Source: Nitrospirota bacterium
GTDB taxonomy: Bacteria > Nitrospirota > Thermodesulfovibrionia > Thermodesulfovibrionales > Dissulfurispiraceae
Direction of reading: 5' to 3'
Assembly: GCA_963710375.1 (NCBI GenBank)
Contig: CAVPZX010000003.1
Coordinates: 374,084-438,083 of the forward strand
Length of the DNA stretch: 64,000 nt
The first letter of the stretch is position 1. Each line of letters starts with the position of its first letter. Under the pieces are notes generated by a model. The model had not been told where the DNA came from and made no database searches. It saw only the letters and a program-made list of their open reading frames with translations. The position numbers were made by a program, and so were the translations under genes. Of the stretch, positions 1 to 9,526 are shown one piece after another.

Positions 1-447
1 ATCAATGCCTCCGACCTGCTGGAAGTAGGTAAACTGGGTGATTTCCATACTGTCGAGCCATATTTCCCATCCAAGACCCCATGCCCCCAGCGTCGGAGAT
101 TCCCAATCATCTTCGACAAAACGGATATCGTGCCTGATAGGATCAATTCCGATATGCGCCATGCTTTCTAGGTACAAATCCTGGCTTTCCATAGGAGAGG
201 GCTTAATGATCACCTGATACTGATAATACTGCTGCAGTCTGTTGGGGTTTTCTCCGTAGCGGCCGTCAGTCGGGCGTCTGCAGGGCTCGACATACGCTGT
301 CTTCCACGGTTCGGGGCCCAGGACTCTGAAAAATGTTGCAGTATGAAAAGTGCCTGCCCCAACTTCCGTATCATAAGGCTGGAGAAGGACACAACCCTTC
401 TTAGCCCAGAAATCATTCAAAGATGCAATTAAATCCTGAAAATACAT
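1..447 (-). CDS. glyQ: Glycyl-tRNA synthetase alpha subunit, N-terminal part (runs off window start)
   Basis: Manual translation from ATG 447: [35 protein letters not shown]...[23 protein letters not shown]...[40 protein letters not shown]; not in ORF track. Confidence 0.97.
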   Translation of the reverse strand, partial: MYFQDLIASLNDFWAKKGCVLLQPYDTEVGAGTFHTATFFRVLGPEPWKTAYVEPCRRPTDGRYGENPNRLQQYYQYQVIIKPSPMESQDLYLESMAHIGIDPIRHDIRFVEDDWESPTLGAWGLGWEIWLDSMEITQFTYFQQVGGID

Positions 448-472
448 TGACCTCTCGCGATTATGATTGAAG

Positions 473-499
473 ACTCCCTGCGGCAAGAGCGCAGGGAGT
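473..499. repeat. GC-rich palindrome in glyQ leader, REP-like; related copy at 43424-43456
   Basis: ACTCCCTGCG-gcaagag-CGCAGGGAGT, 10-bp perfect stem. Confidence 0.6.
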
Positions 500-566
500 T
501 TTACTGACCTCTGTGCCCGACCACGTGGGGAATACGTCCGCTATCAATTTAAATTTGAATGTACAT

Positions 567-594
567 ATTATAAGAAAGGCAAATCCTTTGTCAA
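567..594 (-). promoter_or_regulatory. Sigma-70 promoter of glyQ
   Basis: Minus strand TTGACA-16 nt-TATAAT, perfect hexamers. Confidence 0.75.
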
Positions 595-623
595 ACGAAG
601 GATGGGTCAGGAGTGGTCCGGTT

Positions 624-2273
624 TCACACCTTGAACCTTCCCACGAGCCGCTGGAGCATCAGGGAGAGTTCAGCAAGGTCCGACGCAGACTGTGCTATTT
701 GCCCGGAGGTTGACAATGTATCTTTTGACACCGATGCTATAGTTTCGATATCTCCGCTTATCACTTCCGAGGTCGTCAACATCTCCTCTGTTGCAGACGC
801 TATCTGCTGTACCATTGTCTGGAGACCCTGTACACTGCTTACTATGCTGTGAAGTGCGTCACCGGCCTTAGTGGCAAAATCGACACCTACGACAACTCTT
901 TTTGTGCCGTCGCTCATATTCAGGACAGCTTTTTCGACTTCATGCTGGATAGCCGTAATCATGGATCCTATTTCCGTCGTAGCCTTAGACGTCCTTTCGG
1001 CCAGTTTTCTAACCTCATCCGCCACCACCGCAAATCCTCTGCCCTGGTCGCCCGCTCTCGCAGCCTCGATTGCTGCATTCAAGGCCAGAAGATTTGTCTG
1101 ATCAGCTATGTCCTTAATCACATCGACGATATCCCCTATCTGTTTTGAGCGCTCGCCAAGTGAGCTCATGAGTTCGGCAGATTCGTTAACTGTATCGGCG
1201 ATAGCTTTTACCTCCTGGATCGACCTATCTACTATATTTTCGCCCTCTTGAGCTATGACGGTGGTTTCCGCTGCCGAGGTTGACATGGCAGAAGCATTTT
1301 TTGCGATATCCACGACCGTCTGCGACATCTCCTCCGCAGAGGTCGCTATTTGGGAGGACCTGTTGGACTGCTCTGCAACTCCCTTTGACATCTGTTCCGA
1401 ATTCGCGCTCAACTCCTGACTTGAAGACGCCAGATTATCAGCGGCGGCCTTGGTTTCAGTAAGCACTTCCTTAAGCTTCCCGCCCATGTTTTTTATGGCT
1501 TCCATAAGCTTGCCTATCTCATCATTAGAGGTCACATCCACATGCTGCAACAGATCACCTTCGGCAATCTTTGTAGTGACCTCGATCGCTTCCAGCACCG
1601 GTCTTATGATAGCCCTCCGTACAAGAAGACTTACCAGCAACGATAATACTACGGATACAGCTATTACACTTATAAAAATAATAATGGTAAAATTAAAGTC
1701 CTTGATAGAATAGTCGTACCGGTCTTTGCTCAGTTTCTTCTCCAGACCGATCAAACCCTCCATACTCTTGTGGAGAGCCACATATTTATCGTTCGCCGTC
1801 TCCATGAACATGGTTGCCATATTCAGATCGGAACTCGCCAAATCAATTTCCGATAGGGCGGCTTTCTTATACTCCGAAAAGTCTCCTACAACGGTCTGGT
1901 AAGCTTTTTTTTCTTCCTGGTCAAACCCCTGAAACCGGAGCGTCCTTTTTATAGCCTCCTCAGATTTGTTAAGAACAGCCACCTGTTCTTTTCCTAGCGC
2001 CTCGATCTTCTTATCATCATATTTAGCATTGGCCCAGGTTATGAGCTTGTACAAATTAGCTTGTACATTGACGATATCCGCAACTAAATCCGTGCTTGAT
2101 TGAAAGATAGCAAACCGGTTATTGAAAATGTCGTTGATGGCTGATTTTTGATTGCTGAGGCTCACATACGATACGCCACCAAGAATAAGCAGAAAGATCA
2201 TAGCAACTGCCGGAGCTACGAGTAATTTTTTCGATAGTGCCAGACTATAGAATAGTTTCTTCACTACTTCCAC
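624..2273 (-). CDS. Methyl-accepting chemotaxis protein (2 TM, helical periplasmic domain, HAMP, MCP signal domain)
   Basis: [40 protein letters not shown] signature; two TM helices. Confidence 0.95.
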   Translation of the reverse strand: MEVVKKLFYSLALSKKLLVAPAVAMIFLLILGGVSYVSLSNQKSAINDIFNNRFAIFQSSTDLVADIVNVQANLYKLITWANAKYDDKKIEALGKEQVAVLNKSEEAIKRTLRFQGFDQEEKKAYQTVVGDFSEYKKAALSEIDLASSDLNMATMFMETANDKYVALHKSMEGLIGLEKKLSKDRYDYSIKDFNFTIIIFISVIAVSVVLSLLVSLLVRRAIIRPVLEAIEVTTKIAEGDLLQHVDVTSNDEIGKLMEAIKNMGGKLKEVLTETKAAADNLASSSQELSANSEQMSKGVAEQSNRSSQIATSAEEMSQTVVDIAKNASAMSTSAAETTVIAQEGENIVDRSIQEVKAIADTVNESAELMSSLGERSKQIGDIVDVIKDIADQTNLLALNAAIEAARAGDQGRGFAVVADEVRKLAERTSKATTEIGSMITAIQHEVEKAVLNMSDGTKRVVVGVDFATKAGDALHSIVSSVQGLQTMVQQIASATEEMLTTSEVISGDIETIASVSKDTLSTSGQIAQSASDLAELSLMLQRLVGRFKV

Positions 2274-2280
2274 CCCTTAT

Positions 2281-2739
2281 CTATTTATATGCGCCGCAAC
2301 AAACGATCATGTCCTCGTATTTCTCGATATAGACTATCTTGGGTTCGATCTTTTTTGTGACAGGGTTGGTAAACTTATACTCCTGCCAGCCTTTGCCTTT
2401 AGTTTTGGCAAGTTCTATCCTCTCTTTTACGAAGGGCACTCCGTCAGGATCTTTCATGTCTATGAAGTTTTTGCCGACCATCTTCTGGTTGGCCCCGTGG
2501 GCAAGGGTCGTTCCAGTCATGTCATAAACCATTACGTAAAGGTCCCTATCGACAAACTTCCCGTTCTTATTGTCGAACTCTGCAAAGGCCTTTTCCTTGC
2601 CGTGCTCTTTTATATAGGCGATGGCCTTCTTTACCATTGCCTCTGCTTCCGCCTTAGTGCCGTGTGCACCTGCGAACGCAACACTCGTTATGCCAACCAG
2701 AAAGAAAGCCATCAACGCAGCCACAAAAAACTTCTTCAT
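2281..2739 (-). CDS. Secreted stand-alone single Cache (sCache_2-like) domain protein
   Basis: Signal peptide; YVMVYD..G..LAH, DMKDPDGVPFVKE, GWQEYKFTNP, K..Y Cache motifs. Confidence 0.85.
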   Translation of the reverse strand: MKKFFVAALMAFFLVGITSVAFAGAHGTKAEAEAMVKKAIAYIKEHGKEKAFAEFDNKNGKFVDRDLYVMVYDMTGTTLAHGANQKMVGKNFIDMKDPDGVPFVKERIELAKTKGKGWQEYKFTNPVTKKIEPKIVYIEKYEDMIVCCGAYK

Positions 2740-2822
2740 TTGTATCCTCCTCTTCTAAACAATTTTTTTTACCTGAATCTCTTTTAACCGCCACAAAACT
2801 TCCTTAATCGATTTACTGGTGC

Positions 2823-2839
2823 AGCAAAGAATATGCCAA
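2823..2839 (-). promoter_or_regulatory. Sigma-54 (-24/-12) promoter of the Cache-MCP operon
   Basis: Minus strand TTGGCATATTCTTTGCT = GG-N10-GC, about 85 nt upstream of ATG 2739. Confidence 0.7.
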
Positions 2840-3002
2840 GCGAGACAATGTACTATCTTCTTGGTTTGTCGGGATTTCTGAAGAATATTATACAGAATTG
2901 ATATGGATTAATTCCAATGTCCGCGGAAAAATTACAAGATTCTTGCCTTTTTTTGACTTGCCAGATGAGTGAGAAAAGGATACATATAGTGTCCGGTTTT
3001 GA

Positions 3003-3031
3003 TTGACACTATGTAATAAATGAAATATACT
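3003..3031 (+). promoter_or_regulatory. Sigma-70 promoter of the DEAD-box helicase gene
   Basis: TTGACA-17 nt-TATACT. Confidence 0.75.
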
Positions 3032-3064
3032 AATCAATCTATTCGAATTTAATTAATCCCTCAA

Positions 3065-3244
3065 GGGCTCGCGAATAAATAACTTGTGCATTCAGGCGCT
3101 CAGATTTGGGTCAGATTTGGCTGATCTGACTGAGCAAAACCGCAGGCGTAGCATCGCTACGTTGAGGATTTTGCGACTGAGGATCCGGCAAAGATGGCCT
3201 AAATCTGAGATGCATCAATGTGCAAGTTATTTATTCGCGAGCCC
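3065..3244. mobile_element. MITE copy 1 (180 bp, non-autonomous)
   Basis: TIRs GGGCTCGCGAATAAATAACTTG / CAAGTTATTTATTCGCGAGCCC; flanks CAA/TAA; highly similar to 12960-13141. Confidence 0.85.
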
Positions 3245-3296
3245 TAATAGGCCCTGAGGTTTTTTTTTGTGACGGAAAAAAGGAGAGGTACCCGGA

Positions 3297-4850
3297 ATGA
3301 GATTTGAAGATTTTGGATTATCAAAAGAAACGATGCGGGCTATATCTGAGATCGGGTTTGAAGAGCCGACTCCTATACAGGCGTCTGTTATTCCGCTGAT
3401 TATGGGTGGAGCTGACATTATCGGGCAGGCCCAGACCGGCACGGGCAAAACTGCCGCATTCGGCATTCCCATAGTTGAAATGTGCAAAAAAAGCGAGCAT
3501 CCATTTGCCATCATACTGGAGCCGACGAGAGAGCTCGCTGTTCAGGTTGCTCTGGAGATTGACCGAATTGGAAGCCGCAAACGGGTCAGGGTGCTTGCGG
3601 TATACGGCGGGCAGTCCATCGAAAACCAGATAAAGGCATTAAAACACGGCGTCGATGTTGTCGTCGGCACGCCGGGGCGGATCATTGACCATCTGAACAG
3701 GAAGACTCTCTCTTTATCGGCAATCAAGATTTTGGTGCTTGACGAGGCTGATGAAATGCTGAACATGGGATTCATAGATGACATAGAGATTATTCTCAAC
3801 AAAATTCCCGAGGCAAGGCAAACAATGCTTTTCTCTGCGACAATCCCACAGCCTATTATGAGCATCGCCAGGAAGCATATGAAGGAGCCCGAAAAGATAC
3901 GCATCAATCCCAAGGATGTTGTCATACCTCAGATCAAACAGGTGTTTTATGAGGTTCGTGAAGGGGACAAACTCAACGCGCTTTCCAGGCTCCTTGATGT
4001 CGAAAACCCGCAATTGGCGATCGTATTTTGCCACACAAAACGCGAGGTCGATGAAGTTTCCATGAAACTAGGACAACTTGGCTATAATGCAAGCGCACTG
4101 CACGGTGATTTTACGCAGGCCCGCAGGGATGAGGTGATGTATAAGTTCAGGGAAGGCATGCTTGATATACTCGTTGCTACCGACGTAGCGGCAAGGGGAC
4201 TCGATATAAAAAATGTTTCCCATGTTATCAACTTCAACATTCCGCAAAATCCCGACAGCTACGTACACCGCATCGGCAGGACAGGCAGGGCCGGAAAGTC
4301 CGGGATAGCTATAACGTTTGTTACTCCGCGGGAGTATCGTCATTTGCGGCTTATTGAGCAGACCGCAAAAACAGTCATAGATAAAAAAAGATTGCCGTCT
4401 GCTGACGATGTCCTCAAAGCAAGGGAGCTGAATATCCTGAAAGACGTTGCCGGTATAATCGAGGCCGGCAGCCATACCCGTTATATGCATACCGTCAAAA
4501 GCCTCTCCGAGCGCCACAGTTTTGCAGATATTGCTGCAGCGGCCTTTTTCGTTGCCTATGGAGAAATTAAAGAACAGGCTCCAGGGGAACAGGCTGAAAC
4601 TAAAGGGATGGTGCGCCTCTTTATGACAATAGGAAGAAAGGACAAGATAAAGGTTGCCGACATTGTGAAATCAATAGCCTCCGAAGCCAACATCCCCTAC
4701 AGCAAGATAGGCAACATTGATGTCCTCGAAAAGTTTACCTTTGTGGAAGTGCCGGCCGAACTCGCAGACCGCGTGATACGCTCGGTGGATGACATGATCA
4801 TGAAAGGGAAAAGGGTCAAGATACAAGAAGCTAAAGCAAGACCTGCATAG
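3297..4850 (+). CDS. deaD: DEAD-box RNA helicase with C-terminal DbpA-type RNA-binding domain
   Basis: AQTGTGKT, PTRELA, DEAD, SAT, ARGLD, HRIGRTGRAG motifs. Confidence 0.93.
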   Translation: MRFEDFGLSKETMRAISEIGFEEPTPIQASVIPLIMGGADIIGQAQTGTGKTAAFGIPIVEMCKKSEHPFAIILEPTRELAVQVALEIDRIGSRKRVRVLAVYGGQSIENQIKALKHGVDVVVGTPGRIIDHLNRKTLSLSAIKILVLDEADEMLNMGFIDDIEIILNKIPEARQTMLFSATIPQPIMSIARKHMKEPEKIRINPKDVVIPQIKQVFYEVREGDKLNALSRLLDVENPQLAIVFCHTKREVDEVSMKLGQLGYNASALHGDFTQARRDEVMYKFREGMLDILVATDVAARGLDIKNVSHVINFNIPQNPDSYVHRIGRTGRAGKSGIAITFVTPREYRHLRLIEQTAKTVIDKKRLPSADDVLKARELNILKDVAGIIEAGSHTRYMHTVKSLSERHSFADIAAAAFFVAYGEIKEQAPGEQAETKGMVRLFMTIGRKDKIKVADIVKSIASEANIPYSKIGNIDVLEKFTFVEVPAELADRVIRSVDDMIMKGKRVKIQEAKARPA

Positions 4851-4856
4851 GAGGCG

Positions 4857-4942
4857 TAAGTCAAGGGTAAGACTAAGGTTTAGGAAATGATCAAGATAAT
4901 AAATTTGTGGACTATACTCAACCTTAACCTCAACCTGACTTA
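4857..4942. repeat. Hexamer-unit (AAGGTT/AACCTT-like) imperfect palindrome
   Basis: taagtcaagggtaagactaaggtttag ... ctcaaccttaacctcaacctgactta. Confidence 0.7.
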
Positions 4943-4948
4943 GAGTTT

Positions 4949-5116
4949 ATGCAAGTAAGGTGTCCGATATGCAAGAAAAAGACAACGTGGGAAGAAAATC
5001 CGTATAAGCCGTTCTGTTCTGAACGGTGTAAAATGATAGACCTCGGCAAGTGGGCTTCAGATGAGTACAAAGTTCCGGGTGAGGATACTGAAAACGATAA
5101 GAAAAAAACAGAATAA
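4949..5116 (+). CDS. yacG: DNA gyrase inhibitor YacG (55 aa zinc finger)
   Basis: Manual translation MQVRCPICKKKTTWEENPYKPFCSERCKMIDLGKWASDEYKVPGE...; below ORF-track cutoff. Confidence 0.95.
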   Translation: MQVRCPICKKKTTWEENPYKPFCSERCKMIDLGKWASDEYKVPGEDTENDKKKTE

Positions 5117-5123
5117 AGTATGA

Positions 5124-5257
5124 AACCACGGAGACACGGTGACACTGAGAATAGGATAAGGTTAAGGCTAAGGCTGAGGTCAAGAAAGGATAAAATAGTT
5201 AATCTTAACCTTAACCTAAACCTCAACCTTTCTTTTTAATGCTGTGTCTCTGTGGTT
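5124..5257. repeat. Nested palindrome: outer ACCACRGAGACAC-type arms around inner hexamer-unit arms
   Basis: aaccacggagacac...taaggttaaggctaaggctgagg...cttaaccttaacctaaacctcaacctt...gtgtctctgtggtt. Confidence 0.75.
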
Positions 5258-5280
5258 AATTTTGCATAGGGGGATGACCA

Positions 5281-6084
5281 ATGAAGAGGATCATAGTAGC
5301 CGGTGCAACAGGAAGGATGGGGAGCAGGATTGCGGCGCTTTCTAAAGAATATCCCGATCTGCAGCTTTGCGGAGCCCTCGAAATAAAAGGGAGCAAAGAT
5401 GTAGGCTCTGATATTGGCCTGCGGCTCGGCATAGGGGAAACAAAAGTGCTTATCAGCGATGCCCTCGAAAATATAATAAGTGACGGAGACGTGGTTATTG
5501 ACTTTACTGTTCCAGCCTCAACACTGCAAAATGCAAAAATTGCCTCCAGGAGTGGGAAAGCAGTGGTTATCGGCACTACCGGATTTTCCAAGGATCAGAT
5601 TGAAGTTTTACGCAGTTTGTCCGGAGAAATCCCTCTGGTCATGGCCCCTAATATGAGTGTCGGAGTAAATTTATTGTTTAAAGTTCTGAAGGATGTCGCA
5701 CGGGTGTTAGGCGACGATTATGATATTGAGATCATTGAGGCCCACCACCGCATGAAAAAAGATGCACCAAGCGGAACCGCTCTTAAAATGGCTCAGGTCA
5801 TTGCTGATGCGTTACAGAGAAATCTTGATGAGGTTGGCGTATATGCCAGAAAAGGGATAATCGGCGAGCGTACAAAGCAGGAGATAGGCATTCAGACTGT
5901 CAGGGCAGGAGATATTGTGGGCGAACATACGGTGCTTTTCGGAGGCCTTGGCGAAAGGATAGAGATCACTCATAAGGCATCCAGCAGAGATACTTTTGCC
6001 CGCGGGGCACTGAGAGCCGCAATGTGGGTAGCTGACAGAAAACCTGGTCTGTATGACATGCAGGATGTGCTGGGACTAAAATAG
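5281..6084 (+). CDS. dapB: 4-hydroxy-tetrahydrodipicolinate reductase
   Basis: GATGRMG, DFT, GTTG, APNMSVG, EAHHRMKKDAPSGTA. Confidence 0.97.
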   Translation: MKRIIVAGATGRMGSRIAALSKEYPDLQLCGALEIKGSKDVGSDIGLRLGIGETKVLISDALENIISDGDVVIDFTVPASTLQNAKIASRSGKAVVIGTTGFSKDQIEVLRSLSGEIPLVMAPNMSVGVNLLFKVLKDVARVLGDDYDIEIIEAHHRMKKDAPSGTALKMAQVIADALQRNLDEVGVYARKGIIGERTKQEIGIQTVRAGDIVGEHTVLFGGLGERIEITHKASSRDTFARGALRAAMWVADRKPGLYDMQDVLGLK

Positions 6085-6180
6085 AAGTTGAGAAGTTGAG
6101 AGGATGTGAAGTTGTGACAAATAAAGAAAACCTGCCCCTTTTCGTTGCACACCCTCTCACCTTCACAACTTCTCAACTTC
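6083..6180. repeat. Octamer-unit (GAAGTTGA) palindrome between convergent genes
   Basis: agaagttgagaagttgagaggatgtgaagttgtga ... cacaccctctcaccttcacaacttctcaacttc. Confidence 0.75.
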
Positions 6181-6209
6181 AAAACTTGACACTCGGCTCC
6201 CGACGGTCT

Positions 6210-6371
6210 TTATGCTGCCTTCTCGAACAAGTCTTTGGTTGCACCGCAAATAGGGCACACCCAGCTGTCGGGGATATCATCGAAAGATGTTCCGGGGGCG
6301 ATTCCCGAATCCGGGTCTCCAAATTCGGGTTCATACACATATCCGCATACAGTGCACTTCCACTTTTCCAT
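6210..6371 (-). CDS. Rubredoxin (53 aa)
   Basis: Manual translation [62 protein letters not shown]; not in ORF track. Confidence 0.97.
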   Translation of the reverse strand: MEKWKCTVCGYVYEPEFGDPDSGIAPGTSFDDIPDSWVCPICGATKDLFEKAA

Positions 6372-6393
6372 AAGTCCTCCTTTTTTTCAGCCG

Positions 6394-7683
6394 CTATGTG
6401 TCAATTATTTCCATCTTTACTTTTGCGATCCTCTGTGCTACCATCTCGATTATCCTGAAACGTTTATCTTCGAAATCGACCGTATCACCGGTTTTAGGTA
6501 TTCGTTGCAGACTCATTACAATAAATCCGCCAAGGGTCTCATACTCTGTTGATTCAGGAATAACTATATTGTAGTCTTCATTAAGGTCGCTGACGCTGAT
6601 CGAGGCGTCGATAATCATGGATCCGTCCTCAAGCAGGATAACCGGACTCTCGGTATCGTATTCGTCCCTGATCTCGCCGACTATTTCCTCCAGAAGGTCT
6701 TCCAGAGTGACAAGACCTGAAACAGCGCCATATTCATCTATGACAATTGCCATATGGACCCTTTTCCTCTGCATTTCTCTGAGGAGATTACTTATCTTCA
6801 CGGTTTCCGGAATAAATATGGGCGGCTTGATTATCCTGTGAATGTTGATGCTGTCTGTCTTTGAAATCAGACTATAAAAATCTTTGGCATAAAGAATACC
6901 GCGAATGTCATTAATATCTTTTCCTATGACCGGATATCGTGAAAACTTTTCTTCAAGAATGATTGTCTTTACTTCGTCGACCGTCATTGATATTCGGACG
7001 GTAACCATCTGGAGAGCGGGTATCATAACCTCTTTGACAGAGGTGTCGGTGAATTCAAACACGCTGTGGATAAGTTCTTTCTCCGCTGATTCGAAAACAC
7101 CCTGTTCTCCACCTTCTTCTATAAGCAGTTTTACTTCCTCTTCGGATACGTATTCCCGTGCTGTAAATGCCTTTGTGTGAAAAGGCTTTAATATGATATT
7201 GGTGCTGGCAGTCAGGATATTGACCAGGATATATGCGATCCTTGAGAACCTTTCGATCAGCGGCGCAACCCAGAGGCCGATAACTTCTGAATTTGCGAGC
7301 GCCAGAGATTTAGGGATAAGTTCACCGAAGATAAGGAAGAAGAATGTTATGACGATAACAACAAACCCGATTGCAATGGCCTCGCTTGAAGCGGCAATAA
7401 ACGGTATCGGGACTTCCTGTAGCAGGGGTTTCAGAATCTTCACTGCGGCAGCGCCTCCGATTGCGGATGCAAGGTCGGCAGTCAGGGTTATGCCTATCTG
7501 AATAGTGGCCAAAAAACGGTCCGGTCTTCCCTTGAGTTTATAGAGGACGTCGGCATTTTTGTTGCCCTCATCCATTAGCTGCTTTATGCGGGTTCTTCTG
7601 CTGGTTACGACAGCAATTTCAGAAGCTGCAAAAAAACCATTGATAATAATACAGAGCGCTATAAGGAAGAGTTCAAGCCACAT
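6394..7683 (-). CDS. HlyC/CorC (CNNM + CBS + CorC) family membrane protein
   Basis: NGFFAASEIA, FLATIQIGIT, FGELIPKSLA, DEYGAVSGLVTLEDLLEEIVGEIRDEYD. Confidence 0.93.
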   Translation of the reverse strand: MWLELFLIALCIIINGFFAASEIAVVTSRRTRIKQLMDEGNKNADVLYKLKGRPDRFLATIQIGITLTADLASAIGGAAAVKILKPLLQEVPIPFIAASSEAIAIGFVVIVITFFFLIFGELIPKSLALANSEVIGLWVAPLIERFSRIAYILVNILTASTNIILKPFHTKAFTAREYVSEEEVKLLIEEGGEQGVFESAEKELIHSVFEFTDTSVKEVMIPALQMVTVRISMTVDEVKTIILEEKFSRYPVIGKDINDIRGILYAKDFYSLISKTDSINIHRIIKPPIFIPETVKISNLLREMQRKRVHMAIVIDEYGAVSGLVTLEDLLEEIVGEIRDEYDTESPVILLEDGSMIIDASISVSDLNEDYNIVIPESTEYETLGGFIVMSLQRIPKTGDTVDFEDKRFRIIEMVAQRIAKVKMEIIDT

Positions 7684-7699
7684 ACGGGATAATTATACC

Positions 7700-7756
7700 A
7701 TAGCTGACAGCTGATAGCTCGTAGCTCATAGTCTTTTTATTAGCAATGAGCCATCA
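7700..7756. repeat. Heptamer-unit (ATAGCTS) repeat with short inverted arm
   Basis: atagctgacagctgatagctcgtagctcatag ... tagcaatgagccatca. Confidence 0.5.
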
Positions 7757-8989
7757 TGGGTTTACAGTAAGGATAGTCCTTACAACATCAGGATAATGTG
7801 CAATAAGCCTTAACTCATCATCGGTGAGGGGTTTCTGTGTATGGAGGTTTGCATACTGCGCAAGTTCGAGTATCCTCCTGGCCTCGTTGTCATCATGGAA
7901 TGCTATGCCGAGCTTCGAGTATACATGCCTGAACCCTTTAATGCCGCCATATTCACCGGTCGTAATGATTCTGCCCGTCTCGGTGAGTTCGGGTTCGCCT
8001 CTTCCCACGTCCTCAGGGTCGTACAATTCATAGTTTCTCTTGCCTTTCAAGATACCGTCGGCATGAATGCCTGATTCATGCGCAAAGGTGTTAGCGCCGA
8101 CACCAGGCTGGTTGATAGGGATAGGGAGATTGAAGGCATAGGACGCATACTTCGCAATCTTCCAGGATTTTTTCAGATCTACATGCTCGTCCAGAGGCGC
8201 ATTATCTTTCACGCCATGTGAGTACTTTAGCGCCAGGACAGTGGATACAAGGTCACAGTTGCCTGCACGCTCACCGTAGCCATTGATCGTCGTATTGATG
8301 TAAGAGTCAACACCGGCATCTATGGCGCCCCGCGCGCCCGCCACCGAGACGGCCTCCGCCATTCCAAGGTCGTTGTGGCAGTGCATTTCGACATGGAATT
8401 TTGTCGCAGTGGAAAGCGCTTTTATCCTCTCATATATAGTAATCGGGTCGTCTATGCCAAGAGTGTCGGAGTACCTGAATCTGTCCGCCCCCGACTCCTT
8501 GCCCATGAGTGAAAATTCGATGAGCCGGTCGAGTTTGGTCCTCGATGCATCCTCGGCAGTTACCCCTATCGTTTCAGCACCAAGTTCCCTGGCAAGCTTA
8601 AGCGATTCTGAAACCGTTTTTAAAATGTTCCCCCATGACTTCTTCCCCTGGAATTTCCCTTGCAGCATGACGTCGGAAGTCGGCATAGAGATGCTCAGAT
8701 GTTTTATAGCGGGGCAATTCTTAAAAGTGAGTTTTACGTCTTCGGGAATCGCACGGCACCAGCCTTCAAGGTGTAATCTTTTGATCGCTCCCTGCCTGGC
8801 CAGCAGGAGGTTCGCATTAATATAGTTGATCTCATGTTTAAGAGTCGGGAACCCGATCTCGCTCTGATAGATGCCCATTTCGTCGAGATAAATATTCAGC
8901 ATGGTCTTCGACAACTTTGGCAGAAGGATTCTTGATGTCTGGACGCCGTCCCTGTTAGTAACGTCTATGAGATAAACTTTGCCGCTCAT
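7754..8989 (-). CDS. DRE-TIM acyltransferase (homocitrate/isopropylmalate synthase family), probably Re-citrate synthase type
   Basis: DVTNRDGVQ, HCHNDLGM, GYGERAGN, FAHESGIHADG; no C-terminal regulatory domain. Confidence 0.75.
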   Translation of the reverse strand: MSGKVYLIDVTNRDGVQTSRILLPKLSKTMLNIYLDEMGIYQSEIGFPTLKHEINYINANLLLARQGAIKRLHLEGWCRAIPEDVKLTFKNCPAIKHLSISMPTSDVMLQGKFQGKKSWGNILKTVSESLKLARELGAETIGVTAEDASRTKLDRLIEFSLMGKESGADRFRYSDTLGIDDPITIYERIKALSTATKFHVEMHCHNDLGMAEAVSVAGARGAIDAGVDSYINTTINGYGERAGNCDLVSTVLALKYSHGVKDNAPLDEHVDLKKSWKIAKYASYAFNLPIPINQPGVGANTFAHESGIHADGILKGKRNYELYDPEDVGRGEPELTETGRIITTGEYGGIKGFRHVYSKLGIAFHDDNEARRILELAQYANLHTQKPLTDDELRLIAHYPDVVRTILTVNP

Positions 8990-9025
8990 GCGTTCCTTAA
9001 GGCAGAGAGGGACGTTGAGGTACGG

Positions 9026-9514
9026 TCATTTTTTACGGGCAATCTCACGGGCGATGGCAACTTTGCCGGTCCTTACGAATTCCTTTATCCCCATAGGTTT
9101 CATGATTTCGATAAATGCCTCTATCTTTTTCTCATCACCGGTAATCTCAATGGTATAGGTATTAATACTGGAATCAACCACTCTGCCCCTGAAGATTTCG
9201 GCTGTCCTCAGCACTTCAGCCTTGTTCTCCTGCCTGGGGGAGACTTTGATAAGCACCATTTCTCTTTCAACATGGTCCAGTTCGGTGAGGTCAGTGACCT
9301 TTATGACATCGATCAGTTTGTTGAGCTGTTTATTTATCTGCTCGATGATCCAATCGTCGCCTGAGGTGACAATTGTCATTATCGATACCTGGGGATCTAT
9401 GGTCTCTGCAACTGAAAGGCTCTCAATATTATATCCACGACCGCTGAAGAGACCTGAAACTCTCGAAAGAACACCGAATTTATTTTCAACATGCACTGAT
9501 ATTGTGTGCCTCAT
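9026..9514 (-). CDS. ilvN: Acetolactate synthase small subunit
   Basis: [42 protein letters not shown]. Confidence 0.97.
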   Translation of the reverse strand: MRHTISVHVENKFGVLSRVSGLFSGRGYNIESLSVAETIDPQVSIMTIVTSGDDWIIEQINKQLNKLIDVIKVTDLTELDHVEREMVLIKVSPRQENKAEVLRTAEIFRGRVVDSSINTYTIEITGDEKKIEAFIEIMKPMGIKEFVRTGKVAIAREIARKK

Positions 9515-9526
9515 GTATTTTCCTCC

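Noticed and set aside
448..560. T-box or glycine riboswitch upstream of glyQ
   Set aside because: No T-box consensus or glycine aptamer motifs seen, and the leader is too short.
4930..5226. Minus-strand ORFs 4930-5226 and 4947-5183
   Set aside because: Shadows of yacG; RLRLRL/LSLSLNL simply translate the hexamer repeats.
4857..6180. CRISPR array
   Set aside because: Units are 6-9 nt, tandem and degenerate, with no 23-47 nt repeats separated by unique spacers and no cas genes.
6096..6552. Plus-strand ORFs 6096-6458 and 6235-6552
   Set aside because: Antisense to rubredoxin and derived from repeat sequence.
7754..8989. nifV and nitrogen fixation
   Set aside because: No nif genes in the window; context is ilvBN.
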